A stretch of 64,000 nucleotides of DNA. Source: a virus. Positions 21,501-30,119 of this stretch are shown one piece after another (the stretch's first letter is position 1; each line of letters begins with the position of its first letter). The position numbers were made by a program, and so were the translations under genes. Under the pieces are notes generated by a model. The model was not told the origin of the DNA, ran no database searches, and was given only the letters and a program-made list of their open reading frames with translations. Location of the stretch: IMG/VR virus record IMGVR_UViG_3300042691_033066, positions 10,077 to 74,076 of that record; one strand, 5' to 3'.

Positions 21501-24500
21501 CTGCTCGGAGATTATCACTTGCAGAATGGAATGGCACTACACTAACTGAAGTATTAACTCTACAAAATGCTAAAGTTGGTATTGGTACCACGAGTCCCGC
21601 AAATAAATTACAAATTGGATCGGTTGGTTCGTCCGGCTATGGCGGAAATGATTTAGCAATTGGTAATGGTACACAAGTGATGGCATTTTATCAATATTCC
21701 GGTGGTCCGTCTGCATGGTTTACAAACACAAATTTTTCATTAATGCCATCGGGGGTAGGAAGTACTGGAAACGTTGGTATTGGTACCACGAGTCCGACAC
21801 AAAAATTAGATGTTAACGGTAGTATTGCCTCGCGTGGTGTAGAAATCATAACATCAGACGGTACTGCAAATTATTTAAAAACCGGAGCAGCTCTATATCT
21901 TCAATACGGATCAACCAATCTTGGTATATTAACTGCTGATGGTAAACTTGGTATCGGCACCTTATCACCAACCTCATTACTACACTTATCATCATCTACT
22001 GCTCAAATAACAATAGACAGTTCTAATGATGCAGCCTCGTGGACAAGTGGAATAATACTAAAAACGAAGTTTTATAGAGGATCTGGCATACGATACGATA
22101 GTAAAGACGGTAACGAAAAGTGGTATGCGGGTGTTCCGTATGCAAGTAGTTATCTGGGTTATCAAATTGGATATGATGGATCTTCCGCAGGTACTCCTGA
22201 ATATTTAGCAAGTGCGTCATTATACATTAATAGTTCACGAAATGTCGGTATTGGTACCACGAGTCCTGGATCAAAACTACAAGTTGCTGGTGATATTCGG
22301 TTTGGTACGAACGGAACATACACAGATCTTCGTATGTACACAGACACTGCATTAAGTGGATATAATCAAACAAATATTATCACACCTACAACGATACCTG
22401 GTGGTGGAACAGCACTAACGGCATTATATTTGAAAAATGCAGTCAGTGTAGGAACCAACAGAATGGATTTAATTGTGGATGGTAACGTCGGCATTGGTAC
22501 GACAAGTCCAACGGCTAAACTTGTCGTTAATGGAAGTAATAACGGAGGTCTTTCTTTAGCAGTTAATGGATCTGACACGGAAGGAACGGTTGCCAAGTTT
22601 GCAAGGGGTGGAAGTGAAAAGAATTTTTATGTTAATAATACGAATAACCAATATGTTAATTTAAGTACGGAAGGTGATTTTAGATTTAAAGTAGGAGTTA
22701 CTACAGATCAACCGTATTCAACCGGCGTTTCAGCTATGGTTATTAGTAGTAGTGGTAATGTCGGTATCGGTACCACAAGTCCCGCAACTCCATTGGATGT
22801 TAGTGGCGGTACCGCTGGAACTGGTGGTTGGAACAGAACGGCAACATTAACTGCGACATATCCTATATTACTTTTTAATAGTAACGGTACAAAGTGGGCG
22901 GGTATAGGATACGATTATAGTACAGCAATGCGTATTTGGGTAAACTCAAATAATAACAATGTTTCCGCAAATACATCAATAGTAACGATTGCAAATACTG
23001 GTAGAGTTGGAATTGGAGCAGAAACTCCTGATTCATTATTACACATACAATCGGCATCTAATGCAATAGTTCGTATTGATTCAACTAACGCGGTGAATAA
23101 TGCAGAATTAAAATTATCATACAATACGTCTGATTCGCATGGAATGACACTGCGATACAACGGAAATAATGCGTTAGCGTATATTGATAACACGTATCCG
23201 ACGGCAAGTGGTCAAGTATACGGGGATATTTACTTCCGTCAAAATATCAACGGAACCATGACCTCCCGAATGATGATTCAAGCGCAAACGGGTAATGTCG
23301 GTATCGGTACGACGAGTCCCGGACAAAAACTTGATATAGTTGGAAGATTACGATTCCGTTCCGATGGATCCGTTAGTGCAGGAGCTTGGCACACTGATAG
23401 TAGTGGAACTCAAGATGTGTTTGTTGGACAAGTAGGAACTGCTTATACGGATGATTGGGGTGTTTATACAAATGGTAATTGGCGGTTTCAAATTAGAAGA
23501 GGTGATGGATTAATATATTTAAACGGAAAAACTGCATTTGAGTCAGCAGATAGTTGGTTGCGAGTTAACCAAAGTGCTGCATTTAGTTCTGGCGTATGGT
23601 TCGGTAGTACTCCAAATATAGGTCTTGGTGGAACTGATTCCTATTTGAGTCTAGGTAGTAATGGCGGCACCACAAACTCTCGTATATATTTCCGAGCAGG
23701 AACGTATAACGGCACCAACGTCATGAATTTTGATGGAACTACTGGAAATGCGTATTATGCAGGAAATATTGGTATTGGTGTATCACCAACGAGTAATAGA
23801 TTAGACATTCAAGGTGGACATACCACTACAACCGCGAGATTATACTCAATAGGCGATGGTGCCACGTTAAATGCATCATTAGATATGTGGGCATCGGAAC
23901 CAGGCGTAACATACGATGGATCCGGCATCGGTAATAATGTGAATGGTCATCCGTATTACGGAAGACGAAACACTAGTCTGGCTCAATCTTATATTAGATT
24001 TTTTAATGGAAACATATTTTTTGATGCAGATTCAACGGACGCGTTGGGGGATACACGACTGTTTATTAGTTCTAGTGGAAACGTCGGTATCGGTACGACG
24101 AGTCCACTATATAAGTTACACAACGCGGGTACAACTTATGTTGGGGACACGGTTTCATTTGGTGCGGGTGGTAATTCATTAATTAGTTGGACAACTGGAT
24201 TTAGTGACGGTACAACTTTATTATTATATGGTCCAGACGCAGGTTCTATATATATTAGACCAAATGCAGCAAACTCAGGCATATTTCTTAAGAGTAATGG
24301 CAACGTCGGTATCGGTACCACAAACCCAACGGCAAAGTTGTGTGTAGAAGGTGGCTCGGCAAACTGGAACGAAACAACTCCTGGCACATCAAACGGCACA
24401 ATTCATTTGGACCCAGGTGTAGCCACGGATAATTTTGGTAATGCAATTACTTTTGGCGCAAGTGATTCTTCAAATGGTGAAAATGCACAAGCTGGTATCT

Positions 24501-25189
24501 ACGTCAGAACCGATGGAAGTTATGGTTCTAAAATGTATTTTGCAACATCTAATAATTACGGAGCCGGCGCAACTACCAGAATGTATGTTGCCCATGACGG
24601 AAAAGTAGGTATCAATACAACATCCCCATCTAGAACACTACATGTAGTAGGTGATATTTTAGGAGAAGGTACCAACGGATATGGATTAAATGCATCATCT
24701 GGGAGATATTATTTCTTTGACAATTTCACAGGGAATAATTATATAGGATTAGGTAGCTCAAACTCCGTTGCTCTAGCGGCAGGTGGTAGTGTTACATTAA
24801 CGGTTACATCTGGAATTCTTGATGTAACTGGTCAAGTACGTGCCACCAACGAAATTACTGCATATTATTCTGACGCTAGACTCAAGAATTTCCACGGAAC
24901 GATTAAAGAATCATTAATTAAAATAACCAAATTAAATGGATATTATTTTACGGAAAATGAAACTGCCAAATCGTTGGGATATAAGAATGATAAGATGCAA
25001 ATTGGAGTAAGTGCGCAAGAAGTACAAGCGGTACTTCCTGAAGCGGTAGTCCCCGCACCCATTGACGATATGTATTTAACAGTCAAGTATGAAAAACTCG
25101 TCCCGTTATTGATAGAAGCAATCAAGGAACAACAAGTATTAATTGAACAACTTCAAGAGCGGGTAAACATGCTAGGTGAGACACGATAA
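18575..25189 (+). CDS. Long tail fibre with baseplate-anchoring N-terminus and C-terminal peptidase S74 intramolecular chaperone
   Basis: 2204 aa with about 14 (G)NVGIGTTSP repeats. Ends YSDARLK...GVSAQEV..VLPEAV...YLTVKYEKLVPLLIEAIKEQ. Confidence 0.88.
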   Translation: MARTRKSIQPLNLYKYDVLIEDQGTRSDYFKISQFDGYFYGGRNAFLVAGAGSLKPNSKILVEILNVDGTTVYSAPVTQFVEGNSRLIQVEIYNDTPIGAGKIVILGSTDTYLDGSPVPPEWKDKYNVRWITDVIISPLIENKTPIRFATTPSVVVEEKFYRIPSSSIFTEKVLVPISVQLTPKYYSVFQNGYQLKISGSQDSQFLSEYQDGIITGSVAVKDGETASLSLPITRIFNSTLAESQGSLIYTNTNKLITEGFISGGGGFYTSSLSPLGTVILTSSLNLQYSKLETFNTGSAVSYANLRVVDAKTLSGEIHKVRVSYKNATDPGEYVTLSDVNVAVQELLAVDSASKIVETGKFNTILANDYWYTATMSLQKNENTPTIPLYYKSSSLISNSIPLTQSNADLLDSINVTPTIVNNAYINDVSYFIGTRTGNSVQVFPRSEYTLAFDAVVSKKSGSVELNQADYSLEVYLVAHENSTTKLLETNLRGQLLGTLTPSSTFTKQNFEGTEFNFTPKIIDSGDFGLRFIAYGGNWNIANISLKPAEEPFFSPDEIDILVPNVNYTDKILSFKLQYLDVNNNSVATSTLSIPTYFTGSEELVITTVTNSVTSSYAETASFVTHQNPGDNRVITSLGSGSLTGESNLRFDGSTLSVTGSMVVSGSSTLRNIGPAQFTGSVNISGSATVTGNLTVSGLLSANSQSITYVSSSQLNVGTNIITVNVQNPIPRFGGIAVIDSGSSPQRSGSLLFDSQNDQWIFVHQNQTNPTSSVLLMGPQTYNNIGNETALTNNYLLKSVNAEHVGDSQVYDNGTNVGIGTASPTEKLEVSGSLKGIGVETSLYNFKNIYGRLSDSLLHVAGGSGLNGLLYLNYNGGTVSIGQSTAAVFSVNAGNGLYVTTGNNVGIGTTSPSGPLQVGPSSGTPMGWVYFNNNVGPSNSTPAAITSLAMGWNPSNGGGEAIIAYGSGSSGGAGGGSARRLSLAEWNGTTLTEVLTLQNAKVGIGTTSPANKLQIGSVGSSGYGGNDLAIGNGTQVMAFYQYSGGPSAWFTNTNFSLMPSGVGSTGNVGIGTTSPTQKLDVNGSIASRGVEIITSDGTANYLKTGAALYLQYGSTNLGILTADGKLGIGTLSPTSLLHLSSSTAQITIDSSNDAASWTSGIILKTKFYRGSGIRYDSKDGNEKWYAGVPYASSYLGYQIGYDGSSAGTPEYLASASLYINSSRNVGIGTTSPGSKLQVAGDIRFGTNGTYTDLRMYTDTALSGYNQTNIITPTTIPGGGTALTALYLKNAVSVGTNRMDLIVDGNVGIGTTSPTAKLVVNGSNNGGLSLAVNGSDTEGTVAKFARGGSEKNFYVNNTNNQYVNLSTEGDFRFKVGVTTDQPYSTGVSAMVISSSGNVGIGTTSPATPLDVSGGTAGTGGWNRTATLTATYPILLFNSNGTKWAGIGYDYSTAMRIWVNSNNNNVSANTSIVTIANTGRVGIGAETPDSLLHIQSASNAIVRIDSTNAVNNAELKLSYNTSDSHGMTLRYNGNNALAYIDNTYPTASGQVYGDIYFRQNINGTMTSRMMIQAQTGNVGIGTTSPGQKLDIVGRLRFRSDGSVSAGAWHTDSSGTQDVFVGQVGTAYTDDWGVYTNGNWRFQIRRGDGLIYLNGKTAFESADSWLRVNQSAAFSSGVWFGSTPNIGLGGTDSYLSLGSNGGTTNSRIYFRAGTYNGTNVMNFDGTTGNAYYAGNIGIGVSPTSNRLDIQGGHTTTTARLYSIGDGATLNASLDMWASEPGVTYDGSGIGNNVNGHPYYGRRNTSLAQSYIRFFNGNIFFDADSTDALGDTRLFISSSGNVGIGTTSPLYKLHNAGTTYVGDTVSFGAGGNSLISWTTGFSDGTTLLLYGPDAGSIYIRPNAANSGIFLKSNGNVGIGTTNPTAKLCVEGGSANWNETTPGTSNGTIHLDPGVATDNFGNAITFGASDSSNGENAQAGIYVRTDGSYGSKMYFATSNNYGAGATTRMYVAHDGKVGINTTSPSRTLHVVGDILGEGTNGYGLNASSGRYYFFDNFTGNNYIGLGSSNSVALAAGGSVTLTVTSGILDVTGQVRATNEITAYYSDARLKNFHGTIKESLIKITKLNGYYFTENETAKSLGYKNDKMQIGVSAQEVQAVLPEAVVPAPIDDMYLTVKYEKLVPLLIEAIKEQQVLIEQLQERVNMLGETR
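21016..24630 (+). repeat. Dispersed coding repeats GNVGIGTTSP (about 14 copies)
   Basis: Recurrent gtyggtatyggtacsacragtcc units separated by variable spacers. Confidence 0.8.
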
Positions 25190-25371
25190 TGGGATTAATA
25201 CCAGCCACAGGATCGGCGATACAGTTGAGTCGCGTTGCAGGTGCGTATGGATTAGCTACGACGAATGCAAAGGTTAATGCTACCGCCGTATCTGCTGGAT
25301 TAAAAACTGCTAATGCGCAAACGCCATTATCGTCTACATTTGGTGGACGTACCACACCAAATACCTATTGA
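25189..25371 (+). CDS. Small fibre-associated protein (60 aa)
   Basis: TAATG coupling to the fibre stop. The IPATGSAIQLS N-terminus resembles small proteins that follow S74 fibres. Confidence 0.6.
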   Translation: MGLIPATGSAIQLSRVAGAYGLATTNAKVNATAVSAGLKTANAQTPLSSTFGGRTTPNTY

Positions 25372-25396
25372 CATATAACGGTTGTGTAATTATATT
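25368..25396 (+). promoter_or_regulatory. Sigma70-type promoter
   Basis: TTGACA (25368) - 17 nt - TATATT (25391), 28 nt before ATG 25425. Confidence 0.7.
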
Positions 25397-25424
25397 TAAC
25401 GATTAACCAATTATTGGGGGTTTT

Positions 25425-25829
25425 ATGAAGTTACGAAACGAACAGATATTAAATGTATTTGCTGGACTGAATTCACTGGGAAATGAAAAGTTTTCCGCAA
25501 AGTTGGCATGGAAAATTTCTACTGCTCGCGGCGCTCTTACTCCGTTCGTGGAATCCTTGGAAAAGGCAATGAGTGAACTGCGACTAAAGTATGCAATCCG
25601 CGACGAAGAAGGGAATCCAGTACCTGCGGTGGATGAAAACGGAAAGTCAGTGGAAGGTACTATACAAGTATCTCGGGAAAACGTCCCGGTATTAAATAAA
25701 GAGTTGACAGATTTGTTAAGTGTAGAAACGGATGTAGAAAACGTTAGTCTCTCCGTCAATGATTTCCCCGATACATTGGAAATCTCACCAAATGCGTTGG
25801 CAGCATTACAACCAATTCTTCATGATTAA
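25425..25829 (+). CDS. Hypothetical protein (DUF1617-like)
   Basis: MKLRNEQI...L..L...K..AKLAWKI...KYA..DEEG...ELTDLL..E pattern; GGGGG ribosome-binding site. Family assignment is from memory. Confidence 0.55.
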   Translation: MKLRNEQILNVFAGLNSLGNEKFSAKLAWKISTARGALTPFVESLEKAMSELRLKYAIRDEEGNPVPAVDENGKSVEGTIQVSRENVPVLNKELTDLLSVETDVENVSLSVNDFPDTLEISPNALAALQPILHD

Positions 25830-25840
25830 ACATATTTGAT

Positions 25841-25883
25841 TATTGGGTAGATATTTATAAGAAGGTTAAATATTTACCCAATA
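25841..25883 (+). promoter_or_regulatory. 17-bp hairpin containing the late-promoter motif, adjacent to the start of ORF 25890
   Basis: tattgggtagatattta (25841-25857) pairs with taaatatttacccaata (25867-25883), with one G-U pair. TATTTATA is at 25852-25859. Confidence 0.75.
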
Positions 25884-25889
25884 TGACTT

Positions 25890-28800
25890 ATGAATGAAGA
25901 AAATAATCCATACGACTCACCAGATTACGCACTCAATGGATTCACGGGAACGTTTAAAAAAGTTCCCCCTCCAGAAGATAAAGAGACGTTAACTCGTCGA
26001 TTTGCCGATTTAGATCCAGTGGACGAGGAAACGTCCAGTACAGAACGAGTTCGTAGGTATTATAAGAGACATCCCGAAAAAGTCCGTAAATATTTAAAGG
26101 ATACCGTGAAAGATCGTGTAGCCCGTAATCGTGATCGGGCAAAAGCCGTTAAAAAACACGGGAAAGAAAAGATGAAAAACCATGACGTGCATCATCCAAA
26201 TGGACCGCAGAACGGTGGTGCACGGCTGGCTAAAAAAGATCATGGTCGGGATAAAGTCAATGAAATTTTTGAGTTGGTAGTGGAAAACACTAACTTACAA
26301 AATATTTATCAATTCGTAGAATATGCCGTCCGACGACTAAACATCAAAAATACTCCAAAAATTGTCGTATTGGAACCGAAACCTGATATGACTTCGTTGG
26401 GATCGTATGACGTACTAACCAATACGATTAGTGTTGTTGCTCGTGGACGGATGTTAGCGGACATTCTTCGGACGATTGCGCACGAGATGGCGCACCAACG
26501 GCAAAATGAAATGGGAATCATCACCAATCCGGCAGTTGATGGAGCAACGGGGTCACCCATAGAAAATCAAGCAAATAGTGTCGCAGGTATCTTATTACGA
26601 GATTACGGACGACAAAATAAAAACATCTATCTATCAGAACACTTATTGGTGGAAGGTGGTGCTCATGGTCATTTAGCACATCCATTTGAAGATACCGATT
26701 TATCGTTTAATGATTTTGATGAAATGATCAATCGGTCATTAGTGGGCAATTTGGAAAAAGAAGGGCCTGTCGTAGAAAAAATGGACGGACAAAATATTGC
26801 CTTTACCATTCGTGATGGTAAGGTGGTCTTTGCACGTAATAAAGGACATCTAAAGAATCGTGCAGAAAAGGCATTGTCTGCCGAAGAATTGACTACAATG
26901 TTTGCTGGTCGTGGAGAGATCTCCGATGCGTTTGCTAAAGCAGCCGAAGACATTGAAGCTGCTATGAGTAAATTATCGCCAGATGAAATTGAACAAGTGT
27001 TTGGAAATGGAAAACGGGTGATGAGTACGGAAATTATTTATCCTGGTACTCGTAATGTTATTCCTTATGATAAGACGGTATTAGTATTTCATGGTACATT
27101 AGAACATGACGATGCTGGAGAAAAGGTCGGTGTTCAAAATACTGAAAATGGAAAAGTCATTGCTAATGCAGTTACTAAAGCAAATGCAGATAAACAACGT
27201 ACATTCGGTATATCTGGTCCACGAACGGTTGCTATTTCTGATCAAGTCACAGAAGAAATGCAACAAGTATATTCTCGTTTATCACAAAAATTAGAAGATC
27301 TTCGTGCGCAGTATAATTTAAAACCAACTGCCACATTACATGATTATTTGGAAGAGTGGTGGGGAGAACGTTTGACTGAAATAGAAAGTCAACAAGGATT
27401 TAAGTTTACTAATCAAGAACGTAGTGGACTTACTGCTCGTTGGATTGATAACGATAAAACATTTGGTGTAAAAAATATATCTGACGAGAAAAAAGAGTGG
27501 TTTAGAGAATTTGAAAAGAATGATTTGAAACCAATGCTTAAGCAATCCGTCAAACCAGTTGAACAAGTATTTTTATCGGCAGGTGTGTACTCATTAAAAC
27601 GGGTAGTTGAATTTTTGTCGGCAAATAATCCCGCAATGACTGATGAATTGAAAAAAGAATTTGCGGACAGTGTGCATGGTATACAACAAGCGGGTGGCCC
27701 TGAAAAATTACAAAAGTTAGAGTATGAACTGGCTAGATTAAAAGAACTTGGTATTGATAACGTGGTACCAAGTGAAGGTTTAATATTCACGTATAATGGA
27801 AATCCGTACAAATTAACGGGTGCATTTGCTCCAGTAAATCAAATTATTGGAACGATGAAATACGATAGAGCTCCTGAAAAGACAGAGACTCCAGCAACAG
27901 AACCTCAAAAAACCGAACCTGCGCCAGAAAAAGTAGCAGATGAACCCGTGCAACCAAAAACTCCAGCACAACCGCCCAAACCCATTGCAATTTATCCAGG
28001 ACGGTTTCAACCATATCATGCGGGACATCATGTTACGTATGAAGCATTGGTTGAAAAGTTTGGAAAAGAAAATGTGTATGTGGTGAGTTCAGACAAACAA
28101 GATAGTATTACGTCACCATTTGGTTTTAGTGACAAACAGGAAATCATGACAAGTATGTTTGATATCCCAGAAGATCGTATTATCCAAGTAAAAAATCCAT
28201 ACAATCCAATAGAGTTAACAAAGCAATTACCAGAAGGAACTCCTGTAGTATTTGCGGTCGGTGAAAAAGACGCTCAACGATTGGGTGGTAAATACTTCCA
28301 AAAATATGATCCAAATGAAAAAATGGTAGGATACAAGCAAGCTGGATATGTGTGGATTGGACCACCACCAAATCTGGAAGTTAATGGAAAAGAAATCAGT
28401 GGAACGCAACTTCGGGCAGTTATGGGCGATCCGGCAATTACTGATAGAGCAAAGCAAGAAATTTTTACCAAAATATATGGTAAATTTGATAAGAAAATTT
28501 TTGATAAAGTGGTCAAAAAAACGTCTGATGCAGAAGAAGCTAAAAAGATAACCGCACAACACGGTGAAGAACCAGTTGTCGCAGAACCTGGTGCGAAAAA
28601 ACCAACGAAAGGAAAAGGTAAAAAACCAGACGAAAAAGCATTGGGCCGTGCTAAATCCGTATTGGGTCAAAAAGTTCGTAATCCAAAAACTGATCGTGAC
28701 ATTCTAGTTGCAACTGCCTTGAAATACCCAACAGACGAACCCGTACGAAAAGCAGCAGAACGAATGGTACAACAAGCAATGTCACAAAAAGAAGGAGTGC

Positions 28801-29516
28801 TTACCGAAAATACAAAGTCTGATAAATTGAAAGTCTATGTATCTATACGAGAATACACGGACGAAGATTTGGAAAATGAAGCAGACGAGTATTTTAAAAA
28901 CGAACGGACGTTAAAGACATTCCCAGATATTTTTGATAGTTCCGCAGAACTTAAGAAAGCTATTATGAATGCTCCCAGTGAAGTCTTAACTGTTGATGAG
29001 TTAAATAATTTAGAAAACAGTGATGTACCCGATGTCTTAGGTGGAAAGAATAAGATGCAGGTATTAAAGAAATTATTGGGTCGTAAACAGGATGTCACGG
29101 GATTATTAAAAGATATTAAAGCAAGAAAACCCGTTGCCATGCCGATTGTGATCAAACACACCAATGGATATTATTTGTTGGGAGGAAACACGAGATTGTC
29201 GGTATTGGCAGCAATTGGACATACGATGCCGGTCAAAGTATTGGGACATGGTAGTCCATATCCATCACCATACGTACATGCAACATCCGGTGATGCATCC
29301 AAAGGTAAACAGAAAAAAACTGGTAACAAGGATTTATTTAAAAAATTGATGCAAATGAGAATCACTAACCCAGAAACCGGCAACCAAGTAAAAGTTGATA
29401 CGGCAATGGATTATGATCGTTTACATCCCGCTCATAAGGCAGCTATGGCGTTTATTCGTCAAAACATGAAGGGACTATCCAACAGAGCAGGAATACCAAA
29501 AAACAGAACCGACTAA
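25890..29516 (+). CDS. Multidomain protein: basic/HNH-like segment, HExxH peptidase, ligase-fold nucleotidyltransferase (DUF6267-like), HxGH cytidylyltransferase-like and ParB-like domains
   Basis: Motifs HDVHH; AHEMAH...ENQAN; EKMDG...STE...SEG...YKLTG; YPGRFQPYHAGH...ISGT; YLLGGNTRL. Confidence 0.75.
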   Translation: MNEENNPYDSPDYALNGFTGTFKKVPPPEDKETLTRRFADLDPVDEETSSTERVRRYYKRHPEKVRKYLKDTVKDRVARNRDRAKAVKKHGKEKMKNHDVHHPNGPQNGGARLAKKDHGRDKVNEIFELVVENTNLQNIYQFVEYAVRRLNIKNTPKIVVLEPKPDMTSLGSYDVLTNTISVVARGRMLADILRTIAHEMAHQRQNEMGIITNPAVDGATGSPIENQANSVAGILLRDYGRQNKNIYLSEHLLVEGGAHGHLAHPFEDTDLSFNDFDEMINRSLVGNLEKEGPVVEKMDGQNIAFTIRDGKVVFARNKGHLKNRAEKALSAEELTTMFAGRGEISDAFAKAAEDIEAAMSKLSPDEIEQVFGNGKRVMSTEIIYPGTRNVIPYDKTVLVFHGTLEHDDAGEKVGVQNTENGKVIANAVTKANADKQRTFGISGPRTVAISDQVTEEMQQVYSRLSQKLEDLRAQYNLKPTATLHDYLEEWWGERLTEIESQQGFKFTNQERSGLTARWIDNDKTFGVKNISDEKKEWFREFEKNDLKPMLKQSVKPVEQVFLSAGVYSLKRVVEFLSANNPAMTDELKKEFADSVHGIQQAGGPEKLQKLEYELARLKELGIDNVVPSEGLIFTYNGNPYKLTGAFAPVNQIIGTMKYDRAPEKTETPATEPQKTEPAPEKVADEPVQPKTPAQPPKPIAIYPGRFQPYHAGHHVTYEALVEKFGKENVYVVSSDKQDSITSPFGFSDKQEIMTSMFDIPEDRIIQVKNPYNPIELTKQLPEGTPVVFAVGEKDAQRLGGKYFQKYDPNEKMVGYKQAGYVWIGPPPNLEVNGKEISGTQLRAVMGDPAITDRAKQEIFTKIYGKFDKKIFDKVVKKTSDAEEAKKITAQHGEEPVVAEPGAKKPTKGKGKKPDEKALGRAKSVLGQKVRNPKTDRDILVATALKYPTDEPVRKAAERMVQQAMSQKEGVLTENTKSDKLKVYVSIREYTDEDLENEADEYFKNERTLKTFPDIFDSSAELKKAIMNAPSEVLTVDELNNLENSDVPDVLGGKNKMQVLKKLLGRKQDVTGLLKDIKARKPVAMPIVIKHTNGYYLLGGNTRLSVLAAIGHTMPVKVLGHGSPYPSPYVHATSGDASKGKQKKTGNKDLFKKLMQMRITNPETGNQVKVDTAMDYDRLHPAHKAAMAFIRQNMKGLSNRAGIPKNRTD

Positions 29517-29525
29517 GGGGTTATT

Positions 29526-30119
29526 ATGGCAGATCATCAAGCAATTAACAATGTTCGACGTAAAATTAATGAAGTAATGAAAAAGACCGACGAACGTATT
29601 GTCGTGGGATGGCGTCCAGAATTAAATGAAAAAAGAAACGAAGGTGATGTGTGGGAAGGACTAGATGGAAAACAATGGACGATTAAAAATGGTATCAAAC
29701 AAAACGTTACTAAACTGGATCTAGCAAAGACACCGTGGTTTTGCCCAGAGTGTCAAAAATCTATGAGTCATAGATTGGACGATAAATTTTGGAATATTCG
29801 TGGCAAATGTTTTGATTGTATCATTAAAGAAGAAATGGAAATTCGTCGTCAAGGAAAGTGGAAAGAATATGAAAAGAAAAAACTTCAACAAAATTATGTG
29901 GCATCGTTGAGAGATCATATTAATCAATTACAAGATTACCATGACACAGTAACGTCTCCGTCATTTGTTCATGCCGACCAAGAACGTATTTTGATGATTG
30001 AACAATGGAATGTTGATATAGAAAAAATTAAGACAGATTTACGAAAAGATATTGAAGAACTCACAGCACACCTTACTGAGTGTGAAGCGGAGATGACCAA
30101 CAATGGAACGAGTGATTGA
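29526..30119 (+). CDS. Hypothetical Zn-finger/coiled-coil protein
   Basis: CPEC...CFDC; GDVWEG.DGKQWTIKNG; AAGGGG ribosome-binding site. Confidence 0.65.
   Translation: MADHQAINNVRRKINEVMKKTDERIVVGWRPELNEKRNEGDVWEGLDGKQWTIKNGIKQNVTKLDLAKTPWFCPECQKSMSHRLDDKFWNIRGKCFDCIIKEEMEIRRQGKWKEYEKKKLQQNYVASLRDHINQLQDYHDTVTSPSFVHADQERILMIEQWNVDIEKIKTDLRKDIEELTAHLTECEAEMTNNGTSD

Noticed and set aside
21016-24630. Spaced ~25-nt repeats as a CRISPR array or DGR template/variable repeats
   Set aside because: The repeats are in-frame coding nodes with third-position variation and long irregular spacers. No cas gene, reverse transcriptase or adenine-specific mismatch pair was seen.
25841-25883. The hairpin as an intrinsic terminator
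   Set aside because: It is AU-rich with no following U tract, unlike the terminators at 12618, 43303 and 49152. Kept instead as a translational-lock candidate.
26030-26260. Free-standing HNH homing endonuclease
   Set aside because: Only HDVHH and a loose N/H follow; the motif is short, degenerate and in frame within the 1208-aa ORF.
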